A stretch of DNA of 64,000 nt, taken from assembly GCA_963804165.1 (NCBI GenBank), contig CAWDPO010000043.1, forward strand, positions 352,001-416,000. The letters run 5' to 3'. Made by a program: the position numbers and the translations under genes. Origin of the DNA: an uncultured delta proteobacterium (lineage in GTDB: Bacteria > Desulfobacterota > Binatia > UBA9968). Shown here piece after piece: positions 40,925-51,861 of this stretch (positions are counted from its first letter, which is position 1; each line of letters starts with the position of its first letter). Under the pieces are notes generated by a model, which had not been told where the DNA came from, ran no database searches, and saw nothing but the letters and a program-made list of their open reading frames with translations.

Positions 40925-42265
40925 TCACCGTATCTCCCGCGCCCGGGGCGCCGCGACATAAATGACGACCATGAACAACGTCCCGACGATGCTCATCGAC
41001 GCCGCCGCCCACGGCGCGCCGAAGAGCGCCGAAAGCGCGCCCACCAACATGCCGCCGAGCAATAGCACGACATGGGTCATATGAAAGATCGCCATCGTTC
41101 GACCGCGGAACTCGCGTGGCGAATAGGTTTGAATAATGGTTTGCACGAGCGCATGGGAGCTGACATGACAAAGACCGATAAGCGCCATCAGCGCCATTGA
41201 TAGCGGAAACCACGGCGACGCGGAAAACATCACCACGAGCACGCCGTAGAACGCGACCCCGCCGACCATGAGCAAACCACGCGGCATGCGGTCGCCGATC
41301 GACGCGATCAGAAAGGAACTGCAAAGCGCGCCGATACCCATGGACGTCAAAAGCAGCCCCTGTCCCTGTGCCCCGACCTGCAGCAGATCCCGCGCGAAAA
41401 CCGGCAGCAGCGTTGAAAACGGAATCATGAATAGAGACGCGATGATGACCACGAGGATCCCCGTGCGCACCACCTCGTTGTGCCAGCTGAACTTCCACCC
41501 CTCGATGATACTTTGCCCGAAAGACTCCTCGTGGGCGCCGGGGCCTTGCGAGTGAGACGAAACATGGTGGCTGGAGCTCATCTGCATCGTCCACACCGTC
41601 GCCAATAAGAAAAATACTGCTTGCACCGCATAGGAAAGTCCGGTGCCAAACAGCGCTATCAACAATCCGGCCAAGGCCGGACCGGTGCTGCGGGCCATGT
41701 TGAAGACCACCGCATTCAGGCCGATCGCATTGGTCAGATTTTTTTGCGGCACCGTGTCCGAGATCATTGCGGCGCGCGATGGCTGTAAGAACACTTGCAC
41801 GCAAGCCATCAAAAAAGCCGTCACGTAAACATGCCACGGCTTGATGAGCGCGGCGAAAATCAGCACCGCGGTCACAGCATACAAAAATCCGTTCGCGAAT
41901 TGCGCGCCGACGACCTGAAACTTGCGGGAATAGCGGTCGGCGGTGCTGCCGGCGATCGGCGAGAGCAGGAGAAAAGGGATCGCTTGAATGCCGCGCACCA
42001 AACCAAGCTGCAGCGCCGAATCGGTGAGTTCATAGATCAACCAGCCACGGGTTACCTGATCCATCCAGGTGCCCATCGATGAGAAGACCTGACCATACCA
42101 GAGTAAGCGGTATTCCCGGTGGCGCAACGCGTCAAAGGCGCGCAGGCGCACTAAGAGTTCAATAGGATACCAGAGCTTGTCATCTGCCGTTGCTTCGACA
42201 CTGTCGTCGGCAGGGGTTTCTATTTTCTCCGGTTTGGCAGAGCTAGGGCGCAGAATAATCTCCAA
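40925..42265 (-). CDS. MFS transporter, paralog of 38298..39527
   Basis: Shared GWLIYELTDS..QLGLVRG, EGWKFSW, QTYSP.EFRGR. Confidence 0.9.
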   Translation of the reverse strand: MEIILRPSSAKPEKIETPADDSVEATADDKLWYPIELLVRLRAFDALRHREYRLLWYGQVFSSMGTWMDQVTRGWLIYELTDSALQLGLVRGIQAIPFLLLSPIAGSTADRYSRKFQVVGAQFANGFLYAVTAVLIFAALIKPWHVYVTAFLMACVQVFLQPSRAAMISDTVPQKNLTNAIGLNAVVFNMARSTGPALAGLLIALFGTGLSYAVQAVFFLLATVWTMQMSSSHHVSSHSQGPGAHEESFGQSIIEGWKFSWHNEVVRTGILVVIIASLFMIPFSTLLPVFARDLLQVGAQGQGLLLTSMGIGALCSSFLIASIGDRMPRGLLMVGGVAFYGVLVVMFSASPWFPLSMALMALIGLCHVSSHALVQTIIQTYSPREFRGRTMAIFHMTHVVLLLGGMLVGALSALFGAPWAAASMSIVGTLFMVVIYVAAPRAREIR

Positions 42266-42298
42266 TATTGACGCGAGTAGACGACCATTCTCGTTGAT

Positions 42299-42614
42299 CT
42301 AGTGTCCTGACCCAGAAGTTCGACGAATGAGTTGATCACGCCTAGCCGTCATACCGGCGAAATCCAGATGCTTTTGAAATTCCTGGATTCCGGGTCGCGC
42401 TAGCTACCGCCAGCTTGTCCGGAATGACGATCGAATTATATCGCGAATTTCTGAGTCACCACACCAGCAGGCTGCTGAAAAAAGGTTTCGGAATGCTTCG
42501 CCACCTCATGCTTCGACACACTCAGCAGAACGGAAAATCATCAACGATTTCAAATCCACTCCGTTCGTCCTGAGCCACGTCGAAGGACTGCGAGAGGGTT
42601 TTCAGTAGCCTGTT
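42299..42614. repeat. Adjacent MITE-like elements, family 1 (42299-42467) and family 2 (about 42467-42614)
   Basis: CTAGTGTCCTGACCCAGAAGTTCG...CGAATTTCTGAGTCACCACACCAG, then GCAGGCTGCTGAAAA...TTTTCAGTAGCCTG. Confidence 0.7.
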
Positions 42615-42707
42615 AAAGCCGCGGCATAAGATACTTCTTGGCTATAGCACGCGCTCAGGCTGACCGTCCAGTGAAGCGGTGGATGGCAAGAGCCATCGCG
42701 TGCGTAA

Positions 42708-43352
42708 CTAATTGGATTCGTCCGTCGTGTCGGTGGGAGATTTTCCGATTTGACGCGCCAAACGATAGGCCATCAATCCCAAAAGTAGAACGCCGAAAAT
42801 CAAGCTTCCCCAAAGCGCCCATTTTTTGTAATCCGCCTGGGCGCGCAGACGCGCGGCGCCTGCCAACGTAACCTGCTCGCCCAGCGAGGCAGCGTTGACC
42901 TTGAATTCCGCATCAGTTTTGTAACCGGGAATCAAGGAATCGATCGGAAAGACGGATGGCTTTGCAGTACTGCTGCCGTAAGCAAGTTGAAACGGACCCG
43001 TGCCACGCGCCGCAAACACCAATTTCTGTGGCAGCCAGCCAATTTGAAGAATCGGCACACCGTCGCCGACGCCGCCGCCTATTTGATCGACTCGCAGCAA
43101 CCAATAGCGTTCACCCATGTTCGTCAGCATGATCTCCGGACTTCTCACTTCGGTCTCATTGCGGCGCAAGCGATAGGCCGTCGCGCGTGTCTGGAGCCGC
43201 CATGGCTCGTCGTTTTTGGCGCGCGAGAGAATTTGCAGCCGCACCAGACTATTCAATTGCGGCAGGTCGACGCGCAAACGGTCGAAGGAGCCGATGATCG
43301 TGCCGCTTCCGCCGCCGATGAATCCGCCGATGATTAAACCGAGGAACCACAC
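42708..43352 (-). pseudogene. Probable deletion fusion: DUF2339-like start joined to DUF3999-like C-terminus
   Basis: MWFLGLIIGGFIGG followed abruptly by DRLRVDLPQ...LVFAARG.GPFQLAYGS...WALWGSL...MAYRL. Confidence 0.6.
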
Positions 43353-43561
43353 CGATCACCTCCACATTCCGTCGCCACGAAAGCCAACTCGACGCATTGA
43401 ACGCGCTCTGATGGCGCCCCGAGGACAGAATAGCAGAGATCGATCTTGAACGGGTACTCAATTATCGAGCGGAAACCTCGGGCACTGAGGAATACAAAAT
43501 GGCGGGATAGAAACTCTCGGGCCATCAGAAGAGCAAAGATGGATCCAAAGGAATCTGTGAG

Positions 43562-44200
43562 TCAATTCAAAGTCACGTATTTTTCCAAACGCGCAACTTC
43601 TTTTTTGTCGACGTACTTGCCGATCTCTTTGCGGAACTGTTCGATGTTGGTGTAGGGGCGATATTCTTTAAATTCGCGCAGCATGCGCTTGCCCGTACCG
43701 GGAATACTGAGGATGTCTTCATCGCTGGCGCTGTTCAGGTGGATCGGCACGAAAACGTATTGCTCGAGGCGTGCGACTTCTTTTTGATCGACGTATTTGC
43801 CGATCTCTTTGCGGAACTGCGTGATCGTCTTATACGGGCGATATTCCTGAAACTCGCGTAACATCCGATTGCCCACGCCGGGTATCAATAAGATCTCATT
43901 CGGCGCCGCAGTGTTGAGATTGATCTGCACGAACATCTTGCCGTAAAGCTCGGCCACCTGCTCTTTGCTCAGCGTCTTGGACAACAGCGCGTTCAGTTCG
44001 GTCATGCTCAAGAACGGCCGCTGTTCCATGATGCCTTTAGCGAGTGCCGCGGTCATGTGCGGCAGCGCCAGCAATTCCTTTTCGCTCGTCAGATCGGGAT
44101 TCACCAGTTGTGATTGGCCCGCTTGGCTGTGACCAGCATCCGGCACGGCGATGAGCGCCACTAGCGCGCAGGCGAATACGATACTATTGATCCGGTTCAT
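43562..44200 (-). CDS. Secreted helix-hairpin-helix (ComEA-like) repeat protein
   Basis: Signal peptide; two copies of I.LN.A...IL.IPG.G.RMLREF.EYRPY...QFRKEIGKYVD. Confidence 0.8.
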   Translation of the reverse strand: MNRINSIVFACALVALIAVPDAGHSQAGQSQLVNPDLTSEKELLALPHMTAALAKGIMEQRPFLSMTELNALLSKTLSKEQVAELYGKMFVQINLNTAAPNEILLIPGVGNRMLREFQEYRPYKTITQFRKEIGKYVDQKEVARLEQYVFVPIHLNSASDEDILSIPGTGKRMLREFKEYRPYTNIEQFRKEIGKYVDKKEVARLEKYVTLN

Positions 44201-44201
44201 C

Positions 44202-44663
44202 TCACTCTCCTTTTTTCTTGGCGCCGTTGAGCGCCGGATGCTTAAAAGTGTAAGTCCAGCCGATCAATCCCAACTGCATCATCGCGGCGGGAGCAAGCAA
44301 CGGCGGCGCCTTCCCCTTGACCGCCGCCCAGAATAAGGGCCAACCGCGGAGCGAAGGGTTGGATTCCAATTTGAACTCGGCGCTGCCCTGATAGTGAAAA
44401 TATACTCCCGCGAAGCCGCTGGCAATGAAGCCGATGAAGATCGCCCGTAAAACTCGGACGTTTCGCGCCGTTGAATGAAACGCATGCCACCCGGACGCCA
44501 GTAAACCGAGCGCGATCAAAATTAACGGAATCCATTGGCGCCAGTCTTCCATGTGGTCGAGCAGAATCAATTCCGTGCCGCTGCCGAGCATGCCGATCAG
44601 GAGAATCGAAAACAGAGCGAGGCGAATCAATGTGATGGGCGTTGTCGCTTCCGAAAGGTTCAT
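44202..44663 (-). CDS. 4-TM membrane protein
   Basis: ELILLDH.E..QWIP, FH...EF.LE, PPLLAP; adjoins the HhH gene. Confidence 0.75.
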   Translation of the reverse strand: MNLSEATTPITLIRLALFSILLIGMLGSGTELILLDHMEDWRQWIPLILIALGLLASGWHAFHSTARNVRVLRAIFIGFIASGFAGVYFHYQGSAEFKLESNPSLRGWPLFWAAVKGKAPPLLAPAAMMQLGLIGWTYTFKHPALNGAKKKGE

Positions 44664-45009
44664 TTCGACAGCTCGGACGGGGCTCTCGATCGCCGGTGCA
44701 GTGTAGGGACGTTCAAGAGGATTCTCTCCGCAGTCACGATCTTTTTAACTCAGGAATGACTCTTTTCAAAGCGGCGCTAGAGAAAAATTACCGCCTCGAC
44801 AGGTCAATCTTCAGGGAACCATTAGGCGTGAAAGGAGTGGAGAGAAGCGGCACGACTTCCGCTAGCGGTACTGGACCCCGTGCAACAAGGTAATACCGCT
44901 AACAAAATTTCGGCAGCGTGAGATTGCGACTGGTGTAACTATAATTTTGACAGGGAACCGACTTCCGGCGGATAACGATCAACTCTCGAGGCCCGCGATG
45001 ACGTGGAAC

Positions 45010-45567
45010 TTAATTCGAGCGCTCCGTCGATTCCGCGTCGGACTCCATCAAATCTGTTTCCGGCCTGCGGCTCTTGTACATATGGACGCTGTAATCATAA
45101 ACGTTCGGCGACGGATGCACCTCGCGAATTTCAACGCCCGTTGAAGTCTGATAGTGAATGACGATGGACGGGATGGCGTTCGGTTCCGCGTTTCGATCCA
45201 GCTGCAAGAGCAGACCGCGCTTGGCATCGATCACTGCGCCTACGGCGCGCAGACACTGGGATAAACTAAAGAAGTCCGGCAGCTTGTTTCCCATGTCCCG
45301 CTTTGCCCGTCCCTGTTCATCCAATCGCTCAATCGCTTCCACATTGTATGCAAGTTCCGCCGGGCCGGCCGAGTCTGTATTTCGGTGACCCGCTCTTTTT
45401 CCCACGGAGCCGCGCGAGAGGTTGTTATCCATCGAGCCGCGCAAAGCGCGCACGAGATAGCCCTCGTTGGATGATGTCAGATTGAATTGAGTGATCCCCT
45501 GGGCTTCGAGGTCTTGTCCAATCGCGCGAAGAGATCTGGCATGAAAGGTTGGCTCAAACATAACCAC
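45010..45567 (-). CDS. Hypothetical protein
   Basis: Two LRA(I/V)G..L(E/D)-like units; GAGG RBS. Confidence 0.6.
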   Translation of the reverse strand: MVMFEPTFHARSLRAIGQDLEAQGITQFNLTSSNEGYLVRALRGSMDNNLSRGSVGKRAGHRNTDSAGPAELAYNVEAIERLDEQGRAKRDMGNKLPDFFSLSQCLRAVGAVIDAKRGLLLQLDRNAEPNAIPSIVIHYQTSTGVEIREVHPSPNVYDYSVHMYKSRRPETDLMESDAESTERSN

Positions 45568-45869
45568 CTCGTGAGTCTTAACGACTCGATTCGCGACCCG
45601 TAACCCTCAGGGTCAAAACACATTTTTAGGACTACCCCTTCCAATCGGCCATCCGCACGCAATCTTTAGCGCTTCAGGCTCAGGGCTTAGGTTTTGCCTG
45701 AAGAGCAAGCGCCCTTGAACGATCTGGCGCTAAAGTTTCCCTTTAAGAACACCGGGAACTCATGCAGTTTCCGGTATAGTCGTAATCAAAAGCTTTGGGC
45801 CGATCCCCCCACGCGATCGTTATTATACTGCCCGGTTTTAGACCTGTAAACGAATATCTAAAACAGCAC

Positions 45870-46075
45870 CTAGTGTCCTGTCTCAGAAGTTCGCGACATA
45901 ATTCTCGCGTCATTCCGTAGGAAAATCTCCCCTTCCCCTCTTTGGCAAAGAGGGGTGACAATCGCACGGAGAGAATTCCCCCTTTGAAAAAGGGGAACAA
46001 AGGGGGATTTGAGTTCAACTTCAGTGGCTGCCATCGTTTGGACTTTTTAAACGAACTTCTGAGACGCCACACTAG
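45870..46075. repeat. MITE-like element, family 1, complete
   Basis: 24-bp TIRs CTAGTGTCCTGTCTCAGAAGTTCG / CGAACTTCTGAGACGCCACACTAG (21/24 match). Confidence 0.8.
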
Positions 46076-46269
46076 CGACTCGATTTTGTGAGGCAGACCG
46101 TGATCGACATCACCCACACCCATCCGTTTAGAATCCAACCCAAGCCAGGATTCGTTGTCTCGGCAAAGAAAATTTTTTATGTTAGCCTCCATGCATCGGC
46201 AGCAATCCACGGTCGGTCCGTATCGGCTCCCACATGAGGATTGCGCGCCGCCATTGTCAGGGAGACTTC

Positions 46270-47412
46270 ATGGCGACTTTGTATAGTGACGCACGTCCGT
46301 TCCGCTATCGTATCGATCGTTGGATTCGCCAACTCGCCATGCGAGTCATTGGTTGGTGTGTGCACGAAAAGGACGAGGTTATCTCCGATCCCTATTGTTC
46401 GACGATAAAAAAAATCCTCATGGTCCGGGCTAATTTCCGCATGGGTAATGCGCTGCTTGCGTTGCCCGCGGTGGCCGGGTTTCGCAATCGCTTTCCTGAC
46501 GCTCAAATCGACTTCGTCGGATCGCCCGTGTCAAATGTGCTTTTTCAATTTCAACCTTTGAACCACCATTTTGTCGCGCCCCGCAGATTTCCCTGGGTGC
46601 TTTGGCAATATCCGCGTCTGATTCGAGAGCTTCGAGCCAATCAGTATGACCTGGCCGTCGACGTCAGCTGTTCGCACTCTGGTCTCGGCTCTTTTATCGT
46701 GGGATGTTCCGGCGCACGGATCCGCGCCGGATTATTCGGCAAATGGGACTATTTCTTCGACCTGAAAATTCCGAAATTGCGCGCGGAAAACAAGTATCGC
46801 AAACTGACCGAATTCTTTGCCGCCCTGCGCCTCGACGCGGGTCAATCCGTGGGAGCGATAAAGTTTTCCGCCGCTGAAAGGACCGACGGCTTGAGCAACC
46901 TCGAATCCTATTTGAGCGGGAAGAACGGCAAGAGAGTCGGCGTATTCGTCGGCGGCCGCAAGCTCCGCGGTAAACGCTGGCCAGTGGAGAATTTCGTCGA
47001 TCTTATCCACGGACTCTATCGGCGGGGATTTAGCGTCCTCACCTTTCTCGGCCCGGAAGAAAATGACATCGTCGATCTGCTCAGAGTTTCCCTCGGTCCA
47101 AAAATCCCACTGATCCACGAGCCCTCGGTAAGAAAATTCGCTGCGATGATTTCGCATCTTGATCTACTGATCTGTTGCGACTCCGGTCCGATGCATCTCT
47201 CTTGTTCCGTCGGCGTGCCCGTTCTGGCGATTTTCCAAGAGCGCGACGTGGCGCGATGGGCGCCGCCGCCGGCCGCCGCGCGGACGATTTACGACGCAGC
47301 TGAGGTCGGTGTAGCGGAAGTATTGGATGCCGCTCTCATGGAATTGTCGGAAAGCAGATTGACCGCAGAATTTCCAACCGCAGCGGAGACCAAGACAGCC
47401 ATCGGCAGATAA
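46270..47412 (+). CDS. Glycosyltransferase family 9 (heptosyltransferase-like)
   Basis: RMGNALL, YDLAVD, KRWP.ENF, CDSGPMH. Confidence 0.9.
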   Translation: MATLYSDARPFRYRIDRWIRQLAMRVIGWCVHEKDEVISDPYCSTIKKILMVRANFRMGNALLALPAVAGFRNRFPDAQIDFVGSPVSNVLFQFQPLNHHFVAPRRFPWVLWQYPRLIRELRANQYDLAVDVSCSHSGLGSFIVGCSGARIRAGLFGKWDYFFDLKIPKLRAENKYRKLTEFFAALRLDAGQSVGAIKFSAAERTDGLSNLESYLSGKNGKRVGVFVGGRKLRGKRWPVENFVDLIHGLYRRGFSVLTFLGPEENDIVDLLRVSLGPKIPLIHEPSVRKFAAMISHLDLLICCDSGPMHLSCSVGVPVLAIFQERDVARWAPPPAAARTIYDAAEVGVAEVLDAALMELSESRLTAEFPTAAETKTAIGR

Positions 47413-47601
47413 ATCGGTCGCGGTTGCAGCGCCGAATTATTTTGCATTTTCCCATCCATCGGAAGTTTTCAAGGCGGATTTCTCTGAATTGAGAATCATC
47501 CTGAGAGGATGCTCCCAAGACTGCTCTGTTTTCGTGTGTATGCGATTGGCGCGCCGATTGCTCATTGGATGACTCAAGTAGATTTTGTTGGGAGGAACGG
47601 C

Positions 47602-47850
47602 ATGAACAAATATCTAATCCGGGGACTCATCGTCGGCGGAATTTTTGCGGCCACAATCACTTGGGTCGCAGCTTTCGATACGATCGCGGAAGGGGGTTTC
47701 GCCTTGTTAGCGTCCGTCGTCTTCGGCTTATCCGCGGGCCTTTGCATCGGTGGTCTGATCGCCGCCAACTTCGCGATGCTCGCCGTCGACGAGCGACCGC
47801 ATCAGACCGCAGCTAATGAGCCTGCCGCAGAGCTGCGCCGAGCGGCGTAG
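47602..47850 (+). CDS. Small membrane protein
   Basis: GGAGG RBS; two TM segments. Confidence 0.6.
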   Translation: MNKYLIRGLIVGGIFAATITWVAAFDTIAEGGFALLASVVFGLSAGLCIGGLIAANFAMLAVDERPHQTAANEPAAELRRAA

Positions 47851-48196
47851 CCGACCGTGAGCGCCAAAACACCGTGAGGTAGCGGCAAATCAAAGATTCT
47901 AGGATTTTCGCTACCGTTCACAGTCGATTTACGACTTACACCTCAATGCCCGTGCGATCGGTAGACCTGTGAATATCGATTTCACGCTCTGTCAAAAAAG
48001 TATAAGACCCCCGATTGCTGTCTCGCCCATTACTCTTCGAGGATAGGATTGAGCTTGTCAGCCGCTTTGTCAGGGGCAACCATAGCGGCCAAAGAGTGTC
48101 AGGAACCCTGCGACTCCATCGTGACGTCGGCGGTCGAAATGAGTTACAATCATCGGCAGCATGAAAATGAATGAAAGGCGGGAGGGCGGACGTTAG

Positions 48197-48895
48197 ATGG
48201 AGACGACCGGGAATTTCAGACCTTCGATGCTTTGTTGGCTCCTTGTTTCGATTTTACTGCTGGTGATGCCGCTAACGTCCACCCATGGCGCCGACTCGCC
48301 GGCCGCCCTTAGCGTGCGCGAGTCCGGCGTGGGTTTGTATCCACGGCAGGACGGCGAATCCGATCGCATCGGAACTTTAGAAAAGGGTGAAGCGCTTTTC
48401 CCCATCGCCGAGTCGGTGGGCAGCCAGGTCTGGTACATGGTGCGCACCAAACAAGGTCTGGTCGGCTGGGTGCGCGCCGCAGATGTCCTCGTCAGCAATC
48501 AAGCAAAAGAGTCCTTCAAGGAAAAGGAATCCAGCTCGTCCAGTTGGTCGGCCAGAAGCTCGGACGGTCGAACTTTTAACGGCACGTGGAGCGTTGCGCC
48601 GGGCTCCACGGACAAAAGCGCCAGTGGCGGTTGGACGTTGAATGATGGCAGCGGTGCAACAGTGATGCGCGGCACCTGGACGGCCGATAAACATTCGACC
48701 GGATGGAACGGTGTCTGGCGCGCGTCCGTCGAAGGCCGCGAAAGAGAATTTCGCGGCAGCTGGTCCGCCGAATTTCCTCACGTACACAACGCACCGTTTG
48801 CCACGCTGTTCGACGCCGCCATCAAGGAAGCCATCCGCGGCCTCTGGACCGGCGGCAGCGAATCAGGCAGCTGGTCGATCCGAGCCGCAAAGTAA
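48197..48895 (+). CDS. Secreted SH3-like domain protein with Trp-rich beta repeats
   Basis: WYMVRTKQGLVGWV; repeated GxW motifs. Confidence 0.7.
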   Translation: METTGNFRPSMLCWLLVSILLLVMPLTSTHGADSPAALSVRESGVGLYPRQDGESDRIGTLEKGEALFPIAESVGSQVWYMVRTKQGLVGWVRAADVLVSNQAKESFKEKESSSSSWSARSSDGRTFNGTWSVAPGSTDKSASGGWTLNDGSGATVMRGTWTADKHSTGWNGVWRASVEGREREFRGSWSAEFPHVHNAPFATLFDAAIKEAIRGLWTGGSESGSWSIRAAK

Positions 48896-49118
48896 TCGCG
48901 CTCAAGATACGTGGACTGCGGGATGCTGGATTGCATGACGCGTGCAGATTTTTATTAAACGCGTGAGTCGCTGTGCTATAATACTGCGGATCTCGGGCGC
49001 GAGCTCGCAAAGTCTTAATTCACGCCCGGACTCGCTCAAGACCAATCGAGTTTGTGTCACAGAAAGTACATGCCGGAATACTCACCGAATGTGACGTGAC
49101 AGCGCAAAAGGAGCACCC

Positions 49119-49943
49119 ATGGATACAGCCGATTCACCCCGTTTTGAAGCGATGACCACGGGAGGGCTGCTCGACCGCGCCTTTCGCCTTTACACGAATA
49201 ATTTTTCATTGATGCTCGGTATCGCCGCCGCCGCGTACGTGCCATTTTATTTGGTCATGCTGGTGATCGAAGCCAGTCTGAGCGGACACCTTCAATCTCC
49301 GACAGGTGGTTTATCGATGCTGCTTTTTCAAGTCGTGTTTATGATTCTTTGGGCGAGTGTCGCCTTCCCGATCGCCAGCGGCGCGGCGACCTTTGCGATC
49401 AGCGAACGCTATCTCGGGAACGACGTCAGCATTGTCGATGCGCTACAGCGCGGCCTGAGCCATTTCTGGACCTTGTCCCTGGCCCAGATTACCGCCACCA
49501 TTCGGGTTTTGTTCGGGTTTATTTTATTCATCATTCCCGGCATCCTCTGGATGCTCTCGTATTCTCTGGTTGTGCCGGCGATCCTGGTTGAGGGCCAGAA
49601 GGCCATGCCCGGGCTCAGACGAAGCCGCGAGTTGGTCAAAGGATATCGCGGCAAAGTGTTCTTGGTGATGATCGTCATCAACTTGCTCCAAGCGGTCTTG
49701 GCCGGCGGCGTCGGCGTCATTACCAGCTTTTTGTTGACCAGCGATGGCGCCGGCACGGCGGTCCTAAGCTCGGCATTGGGAAATCTGTTGTCGATTCTGC
49801 TGACGCCGCTCGCCATCATCGCGGCGATCCTGCTCTATTATGACATGCGCATCCGTAAGGAAGGTTTCGATCTCGAAATGCTCAGCCTCGCGGTCTCGAA
49901 TCAATCGCCGGCCGCGGCGACCACGGCGATTTTGAGCCGCTGA
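49119..49943 (+). CDS. Integral membrane protein of the MoxR-associated operon
   Basis: LDRAFRLY, RSRELVKG, LLYYDMRIRKEGFDL. Confidence 0.8.
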   Translation: MDTADSPRFEAMTTGGLLDRAFRLYTNNFSLMLGIAAAAYVPFYLVMLVIEASLSGHLQSPTGGLSMLLFQVVFMILWASVAFPIASGAATFAISERYLGNDVSIVDALQRGLSHFWTLSLAQITATIRVLFGFILFIIPGILWMLSYSLVVPAILVEGQKAMPGLRRSRELVKGYRGKVFLVMIVINLLQAVLAGGVGVITSFLLTSDGAGTAVLSSALGNLLSILLTPLAIIAAILLYYDMRIRKEGFDLEMLSLAVSNQSPAAATTAILSR

Positions 49944-49954
49944 ACTTAAAATTA

Positions 49955-50614
49955 ATGTCCGCCGCGGCACAACTGAGCCAGATTCCAACGCCGGAACGGA
50001 TTCGTGACGCAACGCAGGCGGTTCTTGCGCGGGCCGAATTCGCCGAGCCTTCCCGCTGGTATGAGATTGTCATTGAGGCCCTTAATGCCATCAAGCGCTG
50101 GCTCGACAGTCTGGGTCAATGGTCGGAGGCGAACCCCGCGCTGGCGCGAGTCTTTTTCATCATCGCGCTATTGGTTTTGCTCGCCTGCCTCGCCCACCTC
50201 TTCTACCTCGCGTTGGCCGACGTGCTGCCTTTTCAGCGCAAAAAAAACCGTGCAGACACGCGGCAGACGCGCTGGGATATCCTGGAAGGCGCCGCGACCA
50301 ACTGGCGCGATGCTCTTAAAATCGCGCACGGGCTGCTGCGCGACGGTAATTTGCGACGCGCGGTTTGGATTGCCCATCGGGTTTTATTGGGCCTGCTGGA
50401 CCAACAGGGCGCCATCAAATTCGCCGGCTGGAAAACCAATTCGCACTATCTTGCGGAGTGTGCCCGCAATCATCCTTGGTACCCGACTTTCGCGGAGCTG
50501 ACCGAGCTCTACGAGGGCACGGTTTACGCCAATCGATCGACACCAGTAGACACCGCCGAGTCTCTGGTCGTTCGAGTAGACCAGTTTTGCAATGAGACAA
50601 GTGGCGCGGCATGA
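49955..50614 (+). CDS. DUF4129 domain protein
   Basis: TM segment, A.R..L..L, KTN..Y, F..L...YE...Y. Confidence 0.75.
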   Translation: MSAAAQLSQIPTPERIRDATQAVLARAEFAEPSRWYEIVIEALNAIKRWLDSLGQWSEANPALARVFFIIALLVLLACLAHLFYLALADVLPFQRKKNRADTRQTRWDILEGAATNWRDALKIAHGLLRDGNLRRAVWIAHRVLLGLLDQQGAIKFAGWKTNSHYLAECARNHPWYPTFAELTELYEGTVYANRSTPVDTAESLVVRVDQFCNETSGAA

Positions 50615-51861
50615 CTCCGCAGACGCACAATCGTTTGACGGCAGCGGCGGCGACCGGAATCTTTCTCATCCTATCGCTCGTCCTGGCAAGTTTTTCGACC
50701 CGGCAGAATACCGATTTTATGCTGCAACGCCCGTCGACGTTCTTCACCGATCCGAGCGGAGCGCAAGCGCTGCTGCTGGTGATGCAGCAGTTTTTACCTT
50801 CTGTGCAGAGATGGCGCCGCCCGTTGACTTTCCTGCCATTACCGCAACAGCCGGATGCGCCGAGCACGTTGATCGTTGCCGGGCCGGTGAAGTCGATTTC
50901 CGCCGGCGAAGCGGATCATCTCGCCCGCTGGCTCGCCGGTGGCGGTCAGCTTATCCTGCTAAGCTCGAATGGCTGGCCCGTAGGCCAGCGCCGGGGACCC
51001 GATGACGCGACTTCAACGGAAGACTCGCGCGCGACCAATGAGATCGACGAAAAAACGGTGGAAACGTTATTGTCCCGCTACGCGCCTGCCTTGCTTTGGA
51101 CAAAAGCAGCGGGATATAGAACGGGACGAGCGAGCGGCTCTTCGCTACCGCACGGCGATATCACACTGCGCTGGCGCCAGAGTTTTACCCGGACAGATAA
51201 CGCGGAGGTTATCGCCGGCACCGGCAATACCACTCTTGCCGTTTCGATCCCTGTAAACCAAGGCCGCATCGTCGCCGTCGCCGATCCCACGATGGTGAGC
51301 AACGGCGCATTGCGCAGGTCGGATAATGCCGTGTGGCTGGTGAGTCTTGCGGCGGCCTGGGGCGATGGCAAAATTCTCTTCGATGAATATCATCACGGTT
51401 TCGGCGAAAAACGCGGCACGGGTCAACTCATCCGGGCTTTTCTCATGACACCTTGGGGCTGGTCCGTATTGCAACTAAGCGCCGCCGCGGTGCTCTATCT
51501 GTTCGTCTACCGCCGGCGCTTCGGGCGCATCTCGGAGCCGCCTCTACCGAGCCGAGCAAGTCCGCTGGAATTGGTCAACGCTCGAGCCGGTTTTCTTCAG
51601 GCTGCGGCCGCCCAGGGCCTCGCGGCCAAGCTAATCGTGCAGGACCTTTGCCGGTATTTGACCCAGGGGCGGCGCAAGGTTTCGGATGGCGCTGACTTGC
51701 GCGACGAATTGGCGAAGTTGCCAATCAGCGGCGGCATGGCGCAGCTCGCCACGCTGCGCGCTCTACTCGCGAAGACTCAAACCGGCGAGCACCTCAGCGA
51801 TCGAGAGTTGATCGAGTTCGGCGCGGCCGCCGGCGACCTCGTCAAAGGATCACGACTATGA
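50611..51861 (+). CDS. DUF4350 domain protein
   Basis: ST...P.G..AL, WLAGGG, FDEYHHG, RRFG. Confidence 0.8.
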   Translation: MTPQTHNRLTAAAATGIFLILSLVLASFSTRQNTDFMLQRPSTFFTDPSGAQALLLVMQQFLPSVQRWRRPLTFLPLPQQPDAPSTLIVAGPVKSISAGEADHLARWLAGGGQLILLSSNGWPVGQRRGPDDATSTEDSRATNEIDEKTVETLLSRYAPALLWTKAAGYRTGRASGSSLPHGDITLRWRQSFTRTDNAEVIAGTGNTTLAVSIPVNQGRIVAVADPTMVSNGALRRSDNAVWLVSLAAAWGDGKILFDEYHHGFGEKRGTGQLIRAFLMTPWGWSVLQLSAAAVLYLFVYRRRFGRISEPPLPSRASPLELVNARAGFLQAAAAQGLAAKLIVQDLCRYLTQGRRKVSDGADLRDELAKLPISGGMAQLATLRALLAKTQTGEHLSDRELIEFGAAAGDLVKGSRL

